Part shown: in pieces, positions 26,700 through 39,809 of the stretch
How positions within the stretch are numbered: position 1 is the stretch's first letter
How the letters are laid out: each line of letters starts with the position of its first letter
Assembly: GCF_006345805.1 (NCBI RefSeq)
Contig: NC_043000.1
Span: 77,190,001-77,254,000 of the forward strand
Length of the DNA: 64,000 nucleotides
From: Octopus sinensis
Lineage: Eukaryota
Direction of reading: 5' to 3'
The notes under the pieces: model-generated
Seen by the model: the letters and a program-made list of their open reading frames with translations, nothing else
Database searches by the model: none
Told to the model about the DNA's origin: nothing
Made by a program: the position numbers and the translations under genes

Positions 26700-28229
26700 A
26701 AAGGAATAACAAAGTTTCGTTTACTACACAACAGATTAAAGATTGCAGAAACCTTATTACAAATCAAAACGGAAAAATACTCTTACACATACCTCAGCAC
26801 ATACTGAATGAGGAGAAAAAAAAGACAATTGTATATAAAATCACAAATAAAAAAACAAAAAGTCCAGAAAAGGCAAGCACAGACAAAGTCGAAAAGTGCT
26901 TACGCCCCATCTGGGGATACAAGGATTGTGTGACTTGGGCGAACAAGTTCGCACACGTACAGGTGGTTTTTCAGAATGAAGAGTTGGCGAAGAAATTCTC
27001 AACGATAACCCTTCATTCTGATGAACTAACGTTGACACCGAGTTACCTCGGCCAGAAGGTGACGAAAGTCATTATCAGTGGTGTCCCCCAAGTGACTACA
27101 ACACTGTGGATTACATCCGCATTAACATCCGAAATGGAGGACTTAAACATCCTAGATATCGGTGTTTCGGAAAACAAGGACTGGCTGGGAAAGAGAATAG
27201 AGTTCCTCTTCCACATAAGTCAAGAGACATAAATAAAATCCCCACCCACGTACATCTTGAGGATGGCCGCAAGTTATACGTAGTAGTCGAGGGCAGAAGG
27301 CCACGATGCTATACATGTGGCAGTGAGGCACACCTCAAAAAGGAGTGCAAATCCGCCGCAAAATTACAACAACAACAACAGCCACAGGAAAAATCACAAA
27401 AGCCAGGATTATTGCCCACACCACAATATGGACAGCTAGTCAAGAAGCTGTATGCGGAAATGCAGGAAAAACAACAAAGAACAAGCCAACCCAACCAAAC
27501 AACACCAACACCAGCGCCAAGAACAGAATCATCACCACCAACAACAAATAAACCAATTCCAACACCAAGAACGACAGCAAAACCAAAGGAACAGAAAAAA
27601 AAACAAAGAAAACACACACAAACTGATCCCCCATCCCTTATACCGCACTCAACACACACAAACACTCAACAACCAACAACAACGAAAACAACAACACAAC
27701 CACTTACACAGACATACATAGAAGCCCACAACATACCCCTACCCCCTTCTGATTCCTCAGAAATTTCGTCGGAAGACGAAACAGTGAGGAATGGCAAATA
27801 GCTACAAAAAGAAGGAAAATAAAGAGCAGAAACACAACCAAACCAAATGCAAACACGAACAAAGCAGGGGGAAATACATCTCCCGAAGACATTTCAAAAC
27901 CCAACGCAAACAACAGCCACACCAACACCACAAAAACATATACAGCAAACATGCTCACAGCCATAGACACAAAAAAACAAAATTTGATGGAATACATCCA
28001 ATCAAAAACAAACATAACAGAAGAGGACATAAAAACAAACAATCACCCATACACAACACCACCAGACCACATCAAAATATTACACATCTCCAAAAGTCTG
28101 CACCACACACTCAAAGGCATTTTCCCCAGTGCGGTTGGTAAATGCCAAAAATATCTCACAAAGAAACTGTACTGGGATCTTCTCGAGGACAAACCAACGG
28201 AGGAGAAAGCAAAAACTTTCGAGCAGTAA
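26700..28229 (+). pseudogene. LINE ORF1 (gag-like, frameshifted as assembled)
   Basis: VQVVFQNEELAKKF..VIISGVP..LYVVVEGRRPRCYTCGSEAHLKKEC, then a Q/T/P-rich tail and LQKYLTK-like C-terminus; true start not resolved. Confidence 0.8.
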
Positions 28230-28260
28230 GTAACCCTCTGTATTCTAATTCATTAGAACT

Positions 28261-31200
28261 ATGATCAAGATTGGTTGTGTAAATGCGCGTGGCTTGGGGT
28301 CCCCTTGGAAACAAGGGTACCTCTTAAATGACATAAAGTCACATAAGTTAGAAATCATAGCCATAAGCGAGACCAGACTCCACAATCCGCGGGCCCTAAA
28401 GACCATGTTTGGCGGACAGTTCAACATTTATTTTTCCCCCTGTCTGCGAGAGATGGCGGTAGGGGTAGTGGCACCGCGGTACTTTTTCACAAGAGTCTGG
28501 ATCTCAAAGTAAGGACAATATTCGTAGACCCGGAGGGTAGACTGGTCGTCCTGGATGTCGACGGCAGCAATGGGTGCGCTTTTCGACTCGTATCAGTTTA
28601 CGCACCGCCCTTAACAGGTCGGGCGGATTTTTTCAACGTCTAGAAGTTTTCTTGGGAACGTCTCGTCCTTTACTCTTAGTGGGGGATTGGAATGCTACCT
28701 TGGACACGCATGTAGACTACGTGGGTAGAGATAGGAATAGACGGGGATGCAAATGCCTCAGAGACCTGCTCAGACGCTTTCAACTGTCTGACAGGTTCCG
28801 ACTAGACCACCCGAATGCGCCAACGTGGACATGGAGCAACCGCATCGGGTCGTCGAGATCGTATCTAGATAGGATACTGTGTAGGACAGTAGATAGAGAT
28901 AGCATAGGATGTCCACATTTCCACATAGTCAGCTACACGGATCACAAACTTGTGACATGTACGCTAGACTTAGGTAAGACACTTAGGCAGGGTCCCGGTA
29001 CTGGAAACTAAACGCGTCTTTCCCATCGAGACAGGTTTTCAGAGACCGGATTAGCACACTAGTAAAGAGGGCTTTGACGGGAGCCATCATCAACAACAAA
29101 TGGTGGTTTGCCCTCAAGAGAGCAGTAAAAGCAGAAGCGATTAGGTACAGCAAAGCACTAGCCATAGATAGAAATAGAGTAGAGGGTGAGCTAGTAAGAA
29201 GCTAGAAGAGGCAATTAGAAGCGGCATCGCATCCGACGTTTTGGCGGCGAGGTTGGCCCTCGACCAACACTTCAACGCCAAACACGAAGGATGTGCTGTC
29301 AGAGCTAGGATGCGTGCTCTAAGGAACGAAGGTGTTGGAGCCGCGAGAGAGGCCCGGGTGGCAGAGACGCAACAGGGCAACAAAGCCACCATTCGGTCAC
29401 TGGTAGATGAACAGGGGCGCGAATTGCTCGAGCCAAATAAAATGTGTGAGGCCTTTCAGCAACATTTTGCCCGACTGTTCGGAACGAGTGGAGGGCAAGA
29501 ACGTAGGGTGGACTTCAGTGCCTACCTACATAGCCTACCACGACTCTCGACAAGAAAGGCAGGGTGCTGCGAAGGTGCCATCACGGCGGCGGAAGTGCGG
29601 GAAGCGATGGCAGAATGCTCGAGGGACAAATCACCGGGTTTGGATGGTCTACCCTACGAGCTTTACAATTGTATGCCAGACTTGTTTGGAGATCTCTTGG
29701 CGGCGGTGTACTGCAACTGGCAGCAAAACGGGAGCATTCCTGGTTTTGTGAGCCGAGGAGCCGTAACACTGCTGAAGAAAGATCTAAACAAGGGAAATGT
29801 AATAGATAACTTTAGGCCCATCACTCTGCTTAATGCAGACTTGAAAATTTTGGCCAAGGTGTTAGCCAAGAGGTTGGCGCTTGTCATCGAGAAACTGGTC
29901 GACAAGGCGCAAACATGCGCCGTGCCAGGCCGGACCATCCATGACAACCTCCATCTGATGCGCTACATCATAGACAGGGTAGTTAACGAACCTGGCATGG
30001 GTGGGGCCCTGATCAACTTGGATCAATCGAAAGCCTTTGATAGGGTAGACCATCGATACTTGGAGGCAGTCCTGAGAGCGGCTGGTTTCGGTCCCGTCTT
30101 CCGCGGCTGGATAGCTGCCTTGTACAGAGGCATCCGTTCGGTAATTCGCGTAAATGGACATCTATCGAGACCTTTCGACATTGCACGTTCGGTCCGTCAG
30201 GGATGCCCCCTCTCGGCGCTTCTATACGTATTGACTCTTGAGCCACTACTGCGGAAGCTGGCGACTCTAAGGGGCATCCCGCGAGAATTGGGATGCGGGA
30301 CGAGCGTGTCTGCATACGCGGACGACGTCACCGTCATAGTGTCAAGCCACGAGCACATCGAGCTGGTCGGTGAGACACTGAAAAACTACGAAGCGGTGAC
30401 AGGAGCGAAAATCAACCGGGAAAAGTCAGTGGGCTTGCGACTAGGCACCTGGAGAAGCAAGCCCATGCCGTCACACAGCGCCTCCGTCGTGGGACGCTGG
30501 ACCGACGGCCCGGTTGAGTTGCTCGGGGTCTGGTTTGGTCCGGACCTCCAAGTGGAGAAGAACTGGAACGAGATAACGAGTAGGGTGGTCACTCTCGCCC
30601 GGCAATGGGCCGAGAGAAACTGTCACTAAAAGGTCGAGCGGAGGTGGCGAACACGTACATCGCGTCCGTCATCTACTACCGCCTGACCGTCGTACCTTGT
30701 CCCGACCCTACCATCACCAAACTACAACGCATCCTCTTTCGCTTCTTGTGGAAAGGATGCGTCCCGATGGTCAGGCGATCCATTTGCTGTCAAAACACCG
30801 TTAAAAGGAGGGCTGGGCATGCCGTGGTTGATGATGCGCAGACACGCGCTGAGACTGCGACATCTCTGGCTCTATGTAGACGACGGTGAACAGGTGTGGT
30901 CGCCGTTTGTGAGGCACGCTTTCCCGCAGCTCGTCTCCATGACCGAACTGCAGTCGTGGATCAAAAAGAGGCCGAGGAAGGGCGAATGGCACCGCGAGTG
31001 TCGCGTTGCTCTCAAGCAACTCTGCCGTCCTGGGTCGACCTTAAGTGACTTCAACACAACCAAAGCATTCTATAGGGGTTAGTGGAGGGGAGGTACGACG
31101 ACGAGCTCGGGGCGAACCTGGACGTCGACGAGGAGTACCTGACCCGCCTGTTCGGGACGACTTTCGGGCCAGGGCCCATGGACAACTTCCAGAGATCCCT

Positions 31201-31699
31201 GGCCTGGCAGTGCTACCGAGAAGCGCTACCCGTTCGGGATAAGCTCTACAGACACGGCTCGAGAAACACGGGGCCGACCTGCCCGAGATGCGGTCAGAGC
31301 GACGAAACCGTTCTGCACGCACTCGTTCAGTGTCCAACAATTTCCGACCTGTGGGCTTATGTCGAACAACTGCTGTCACGTGTGGGACGAGTCGGTTTAT
31401 CAGCTGAGTCTATCGTCAATATTGTCACGCCTCCTTCCTTCAAACGGGAAGGAAGAGCTATTTTCATCATCCTTGTGGCTATGGCGAAAGAATGTATCTG
31501 GTGGACGCGTCTGAAAGGATTGGAGACAAACACTTTCCTCTCTGGTCAATCTCTCATCAACTTCTTCAAGTACCACTTGAAAAGGAAAGTGAGAGTAGAG
31601 AGGCAAGTTTTGTCTAGCGAATGTTTTAAAAAAAGATGGGTGAATGTAGCAAGAATGGCACGTATGAATGACGAAGCCACCTTGAGCATAGTCCTATGA
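28261..31699 (+). pseudogene. LINE ORF2 (APE endonuclease + reverse transcriptase), about seven 1-bp frameshifts
   Basis: IGCVNARG, AISET, LVGDWN, SYLDRI, YTDHK; FRPITLLNADLKI, LDQSKAFDRVDH, SVRQGCPLS, SAYADDVTV; CPRCGQSDETVLHALVQC. Confidence 0.92.
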
Positions 31700-31908
31700 A
31701 CCCAGAAATCGAAAACAGAGTTGCTTATTTGCAAAAAAAAAAAAAAAAAAAAAAGAAATATAAAATGTGACTTCATTGACCGAGGTTACCGTGGTCTTTT
31801 CCGTAGGCTTTTCTTTCCACGGGTAAACCTCACCTGTCCTCCCCTTTACACTTCATATTGACATTTCTGTGATAACGATCCCTATTGATCAATTTTTTTT
31901 TCCTCTCC

Positions 31909-31945
<37 letters not shown>

Positions 31946-32103
31946 CCCCCTTTTTTTGTCCTCTTTCTCTCCTTTTACGATCCCTTTTGATCGAAACTCC
32001 CCTTCCTTCTTTTTTTTTTTTTTTTTTTTTTTAAACCTTCAAAAGAAAAGCTCTACCTTGTAATTTGTTCTATCTGCAGCCCTGTGTGGCTAATAAAGAA
32101 ACA

Positions 32104-32150
<47 letters not shown>

Positions 32151-32262
32151 AGACTTTTATATTTGTTCAGATTTGTAGGTGTCCTCCGAGTTATCGTAAA
32201 GCGAAAAATGTATAAAACCGTATATATATACATATATATCTATATATCTATCTATATCTATA

Positions 32263-32352
<90 letters not shown>

Positions 32353-33341
32353 ATCTATCTATTATATATATATAATATATATATTATTAATATATATATA
32401 TAGACTTCGGCAAATATGTGGGTTGCAAATCTTGACTTTCAAATAAAATATAATTATATAAGAAATTATACATTACTTTATAGTATTCGTAACATCATAC
32501 CTACTATTGTCTGTTTTATGGTACAGAAACACTGCTGGTATTGACGGACGAGGAATTCTGTAAGAAAAAATTTTAAGGAACTCTAAGATATGTGTATCAA
32601 AGTCAACACCGAATTGTTCTTCACAACAGGCTGAGGATCTACAAGGAGATTCTTTTGGCACTTATCGACGACTGGAACGTTAATCAAAAAAATTGTAGAA
32701 TAGAGAAACATCTCTTCTGCAATTTTCCAGTTACTGAACTATTGTTCATTGGTAAATCTTACTGTAGAATACAAAATCTTGTTCGCCGTCCACGATTGAC
32801 AAATGTCTCATTAACTAGCTAGAAAATCGATATTCGTTCAATAGTCAATCGGTAAGATGATTTGTTTTTACTGGCTCTGCTTACGTATTCTTCATTTCAT
32901 GTAATACATGAGATAAAAAAAGGAAAATTCTCCTTAAATTAATGAATAACTGCCTGCAATTTGCTAACTCATGCAAATTAATAAGAGACATCAACTCATT
33001 TTCTTAATGTTTCCATGAAAACAATTTTATTTCACAACAATAACAAGAGCAACAGCAACAAGAGCAACAGCAACAACAAAAGCAGCAACATTAACAACAA
33101 CAACAAGGACAGGAGCAACAGCAACAATAACAGCATCAACAAAATCAACCACAACAACAACAACAGCAATAACGTAACATTCTGTACAAAAATATTGACT
33201 GAAGCAGTGACTCAAGCCAAATAGTTGTGTTCAATGAATATAACGTGCAAAACTCTGTGCAGCCTGTGAGTAAAATTGTTTAAAGTATTTGAAAACCTAC
33301 TGTATAGTAGAATGGCCAATGCAAATAACAAAAATGCGTAT

Positions 33342-33401
<60 letters not shown>

Positions 33402-33559
33402 ATATGCATATGTATATATGCGTATGTATATATGCGTATGTATATATTCGTATGTATATATAAATGCGTATGTTTATATGTAGAAACATATACGAATATA
33501 TATATATATATATAATTATTAGTTGGCCCGTTGTTGTCGACGATGAACAAAGGCAAGGC

Positions 33560-34030
33560 ATCACGTGGAAAAAGCTGGGGCACGGTGTGTCTGACTGTGA
33601 CCAAGCAGTCCGATGCCTGCTTGGAAGGCGTTTCCATAGGTCAGGCATTAATGGTCTGTTGGGACTGAAGGCAAGGAGATTTGGATTTGCGTAGTTCGCG
33701 TTTTCTTTATGTCCCTGCAATCCTGTTCTTTTCGAAGGAGGTTGTACCTCTGTAGGTGCAACTTCACCAGGCAGGACCGTCTTGTGCTTGCGTTCCCCAG
33801 GTATCGGAGTTAATTTAAAATCTCTTCAGTGAGGCTTCGAGCGTGTCCTTCGATCGCTTTTTTGTCCGTCTTGCGCGTTTGCCTTCCGCCAGTTCGCTGT
33901 AAAACTGTCACTTGGGGAGTCGCGTATCAGGCATTCTAAGAAGGAGGCCTGCCCACCTGATTTGCGTGCAAATGTTGCTTTTGTGCATTACACGCTTCTG
34001 AAGCTTTTCCAGTCTCTCAAATAATAGCCG
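33560..34030 (-). mobile_element. RTE/BovB-like LINE 3' fragment
   Basis: [42 protein letters not shown]. Confidence 0.8.
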
Positions 34031-34899
34031 ATTATTTTAATCCCTTGCAGAAAGAATCTGCACCAACTGTGCGGAGTCTACTCGTTGGCCATTCCCCTCC
34101 AAATCTATTCCCTTCCATATAACAGATTCCCAAACCCATATTTTCACGTACAGTGTGTGGAAATATCACCAGTAGTTTTAAACTAACAAGGCTATCGGGT
34201 CTGACAATGCCGTTTGTATTACACTCAAAGATTGTGCCCTCAACCTTGTCTATGATTACCAAATTCTTTAAATTTTAGTGGTGACATACCCCGATATTTA
34301 GGAACACATACAAAGAAAGGCGATTCATCTCACCTAGCCAACTGCAGTATTATTGGTCTCACCTCTAACAACTCTAAGGTAATAAAGACAGCTGTTAACA
34401 ATGACCATCTGTAGTGCTTTGAGTTTCTATCTCTGTCTCTTTATTCTCAGTGACCACAAATCCACATCTACTGGCGACCTGCTGTCTTAAGTCACTCAGC
34501 AGTGGACTCTTAGTTTAGAAAAGTTTGGTGAAAAAAAAATGTTATAAGCCAAGCCCTTTGACTGTGTCTGAACACTACTCATTTCTCTAAACCCAGCAAG
34601 TACACATACCACAAACACACACATCTATATACACATACACACAACAGTGCAACTTAGAACAGAACAGAGAGGCTACTTTATCCTCTGCCTTTACAAATCA
34701 TTCACCTCTAATACATTTTGATACTCACACACACTCTCACCCCCCACTCTTTCTTTCTCTTTATAAGCTAAAGGCTGGTAGTGTCCATGACCTTTACAAA
34801 GCCAAGAATGGTGAGGATGGTGTTGCTAATATTTTGCTGAGACTAATGTTCAATATAAATATCTGAGTATCAGCTGTTACAGAAAATGTTGGGGTGCGT

Positions 34900-35335
34900 T
34901 GACGGAAACTGAAAGAAGTCTGTCGTCTAACTTTCTATCTATCTCTCTATGTATGTATGTATGTATGTATGTATGTATGTATGTATGTATGTATGTATGC
35001 ATGTGTGTATGTATGTATGTATGTATGTATGTATGTATGTGTGTGTGTGTATGTATGTATGTATGTATGTATGTATCTGCCTGTGTGTATTTTTGTCTGT
35101 GTACGTATGTCGATGTACGTGTGTATGAGTCTTTATGCTTGTGTCTGTGCTCCCCCTCAACAACTTGATGACTCATGTTAGCTTCGTTTGCGTCCCCGTA
35201 ACCTAGCGTTTCAGCAAAAAGAAACCGATAGAATAAGTAAGTAACAGGCTTTAAAAAGAGTACTGGGGTTGAGTTGCTCAACTAAACCTTTCAAGGCAGT
35301 ACCCCAGCATTGGCCGCAGTCCAATGCCTGAAACA
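34900..35335 (-). mobile_element. SINE with internal (CATA)n expansion
   Basis: Reverse complement of the 7640 family. Confidence 0.7.
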
Positions 35336-36752
35336 TTTGTTTCAGGCATTGGAAAAATAACAGATAAAAAATGGTCTGGGACGGAAGAGTTTGGCCCGAT
35401 GGGTCCCACCCCCACCACCGCTTCGAATTTGACGTGCCTGATATCTGACCAAGAGGTCAATATCTGGGGGGAATATTGTGGAGATATAGATGTGAGAGAT
35501 CCAGGACAGATCTTATCTCAGTTGTTGCAGTAAAGCACTCAATGACCTGTCTAGTTGTCCCAAATTGTGATATGATTTGTTGATTCGACAGTTGTATAAA
35601 AAAACCAGGTCAAATCTGACATAGGAGACCACAGATGAAAACTATTCCAGCCATGAACATCACGTCGGTTTTTAGATGTAATTAGAATTGCATTATTTAA
35701 TGTGTCGCTCTTGTTTTAAAAGGGTGTAGCGTGATGAGAAGAAGATATGGTAGTTATTTTCGCAGATTGTGCGAGCTGTAGAGGCTCCTTTCTTAGGTCG
35801 TGTTGTGCTGTGTTGTTATTGTTGTACAATACGTGTCCCTTTCTAAAGACGGTGGAGGAATCGTTTGAGAGAGATTCGCCTGCTATTTCTAGTGGTGTAG
35901 TCTCATGTGGTGTGATGATGTAGTGTCACATGATATGGTTTAGTGCCATATGGTGTGTGGTGCAGTATTACGTGCTGTGTGGTGATGTTGTATAACGTGG
36001 TATATGATGTAGTCTCACGTGGAGCTGTGTCATGTGATACAGTATCATGTAGTATTATTGTGTGGTATATTTTGTTATTTAACCCAAGATTGTGCAGGAT
36101 TTATGATCAAAGGCGTTCCGACTAGCTGTATTTTCAAATATATCTAACTCTAAATTGTCTAACGTGTCCTTTCTTTCTTTTAAAGTCAGTAAGGTACGAT
36201 TTCAGAAAGACTTAGCAGCTATCTCTTGCAGGATGGGTGATCTTAAAGAGAATGTCATGGGATACAAAATGAATGTTTTTTTAATAGTTAAAATAAAGGT
36301 GTGAATAGAATAACCAAATGGCAATGCTTTGACAGTAGCAGAACTGAATCCGAACACTCAGTCTTTGATGGTTAATAGTCACTTCCAATAATGGTGAACA
36401 TCATAAAACAGCACGTAAGTTTAGAAAGAATCGAGATTGCTGTATACTTTCGATTTTCAGTTGATGTATGCTTACTTCCCTCACATCACCACTTGGGAAA
36501 TGCATGAACCTCACAGCCTCATATTTACTTCAGGACAATGTAACTAATACTAACCTCATAATTATTACCACTTTCATTCACCCCCCCCCACCATCAACAT
36601 CAATACTAACACCACAAGTACTAAAACAATTACCTCTACCACCACCAATTTAACTTCTATCAGAACTACTACATTAAGAACAGCAGACTACCCTACACCA
36701 CCAACATTATCACCACCATCACTAACCCCACCATCTCTAGCAGCCTCTCCAA

Positions 36753-37265
<513 letters not shown>

Positions 37266-37794
37266 AATCGTCAACAGGATATACATTTCAGGTGTTTGAG
37301 ATTAGATTTAATTCTAAATAATACCTTGTTTATGGTCTTTCGGTACCTTGTGTGGTGTAAGAAGCTGTATTTTGTTTTTCATGTTGTTGTTGCTGTTGTT
37401 GCTGTTGTTGTTATTGCTGTATGCGTTTTGTTTACTTTTTTTTTACTGAGATATTGGCTTTGGCAATCTTTTTAAAAGCGACCTGTTCATTCTATCAATC
37501 AGAGTTACATCTCTAGCCCACAATTCTTCGTTCCTATGACCCTTGATCTTCCATATGATTTAGTAATACCCTTTAGTTTCTTTTTCCAAACTTTCGTCGC
37601 TCCTTTATTTAATCAGTTGCCGTCTTAATTCATTCTTCAATCTTGAAAAATTCCTCACGACACAGAAGTGTTTAGACACGTGTCATGCAACGACAGCCTC
37701 TCCTTCCCTCACACATGACTGTATTCTGGTCGCCCTGACTCTGTGTATGTATGTGTATGTGTGTATGTATGTATATATATATACATCCTTAAAT

Positions 37795-39025
37795 CCTTAA
37801 AAATGTTTTAGCCCGGAGGCCGCGGCCATGCTGGGGCACCACCGCTGAATGAGCTACACTAATATGTGAATCCATCTCTGATTCGTGGCACTTGATCAAC
37901 AAGGGAGTTCGACGCTGCTGCCCGCATCTGCGTCTCCTGTCGTGAGGTAGGTTCATCTGGGACTCCCGACAAGAAGAGATCCAGTTTAGCTTTAAAGAAA
38001 CCCACATCCACACCATGTAAGTCTCTCAGGCATTTAGGGAGGATGTTAAAGAGCTGTGGTCCTCTGAAACCCAAGCTGTTGCAGTATCTGGACCTGTATT
38101 TTGATGGTGATGTTGGAATCTTTGGCACCATGCAGTGGCACCCCGTTCTGCGGTTGGGGTAACTTTGAATGCCAAAGTTTGGGACAAGACCCTCCAGGAT
38201 TTTCCAGATGTATATCACCGCATATCTCTCCCGCCTCCGCTCTAGGGAGAAGAGGTTTAATACCTTCAGTCTTTCCCAGTAGCTGATATTTTGCATTGAG
38301 ACGATTTTCTTTGTGTAGCTTCTCTGAATTGCTTCGAGTTCTGCTGTTAGTTTTATATTGTGTGGTGACCATAGTTGGGAGCATTAGTCCAAGCGGCTGA
38401 GGACGAATGTTTTCCATAGGACCACCAGTGTCTCCTTCTCTCTTGTTCTGAAAGTTCGGAGAATCCATCCAGCTAGCCGTCTGCATTTTATCACCAGATT
38501 AGCAATATGCACTTGGAAAGATGCATCATTGCTCATGTCAATTCCCAGGTCACGCACTGATTTTGACTAAGGGATTGCAATTCTTCCTGGGCCTGTGTAT
38601 CCAGTCTGCACGTCGTTTACCTTTGTGTGCCAGTAGCGCAAGGCCTGGAACTTACCTGCATTAAACAGCATGTTGTTGTCCTCAGCCCATCTGTATATTG
38701 TGTCCAACTCCTGTTGCAGATGCGCAATATTTTCAGGGTTTTGTATTGCGTGGGAGACTTTTGTGTCATCTGCATAGCTAGCAAGGGTGATCATCGTAGC
38801 AACTAAAGGCATGTCTGAAAGGGCCACTATGAACATCAGTGGCCCCAAGACAGTGCCCTGTGGGACATCGCTTGTTATTTGTGTTCCCTTGGAGATGGCT
38901 CCATTGCTCACAACTGCCTGTTTTCTGTCTTTTAGGAAGTTGTGCAGCCACTCTCCAAGTTTTCCGCCTATGCCGAGACCACGCAGTTTGTGACAGATCA
39001 TACCATGGTCGACTTTATCAAAGGC
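37795..39025 (-). mobile_element. 5'-truncated CR1-type LINE (RT 3' half)
   Basis: AFDKVDHG, DVPQGTVLGPLMF, SYADDTK, SYWERLKVLNLFSLERRRERY. Confidence 0.9.
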
Positions 39026-39084
39026 TTATATACTTATATATATACTTATATACATATATACATATATATATACTTATATATATA

Positions 39085-39229
39085 CATATATTATTTACAC
39101 TTGACGATATTTGTCTTCATCTTGTTTGTTGTTAACACATTTCGGCTGATATACCCTCCAGCCTTCATCAGGTGTCTTGCTCAGCCATATAATAACAATT
39201 TAACAAATAAAACATATGCATATATATAC

Positions 39230-39261
<32 letters not shown>

Positions 39262-39279
39262 GTATATATACATGCATAT

Positions 39280-39341
<62 letters not shown>

Positions 39342-39515
39342 TACAGGACACCACAAATAAACGTAGAACACAACGAGAAACAAAAACATAAAAGCAAACA
39401 GGAAACGAACTTTTTTTAACAACGAAAAAACAGAGTACAAGACAAACAATACAAGGAATATTCCCTTCATCAGCTGCCCATGGTTCGACTCAATGCGTGT
39501 TTCGAAGGTAAGGGC
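39085..39515 (-). mobile_element. Two Penelope-like pLTR fragments separated by (TA)n
   Basis: ACACCTGATGAAGGCTGGAGGGTATATCAGCCGAAA (same family as 63716) and CCTTCGAAACACGC..CAGCTGATGAAGGG on the minus strand. Confidence 0.7.
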
Positions 39516-39552
39516 AGAAAAAATATATATATATATATGTATGTATATATAG

Positions 39553-39599
<47 letters not shown>

Positions 39600-39809
39600 T
39601 ATTATATAAATTTATTATTTAATTAAACGGACGCATCCATTTTCAAATAAGTGTGTGTGCGTATATAACTGGGAAAGTGTAAGAATCCATGCAAAGAAAA
39701 AGTTATGGTTAAAAAAGGAAATTAAGTTGGAAAAGGCACAGAAGTATATTTTAGAGAATGTTGAATATGTTTGTTACAGTGATTAATTTAAAATATAGCA
39801 GGTTTCACT

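Larger units (their letters stand above)
26300..32150 (+). mobile_element. Near full-length L1/Tx1-clade LINE
   Basis: ORF1 with CCHC knuckle; ORF2 with APE, RT and C-terminal Cys/His motif; AATAAA followed by a (TATC)n tail. Confidence 0.95.

Noticed and set aside
26097-26807. 236-aa ORF spanning the LINE stub and 5' region
   Set aside because: It is a chimera of poly-T, (TATC)n and (AAC)n low-complexity sequence.
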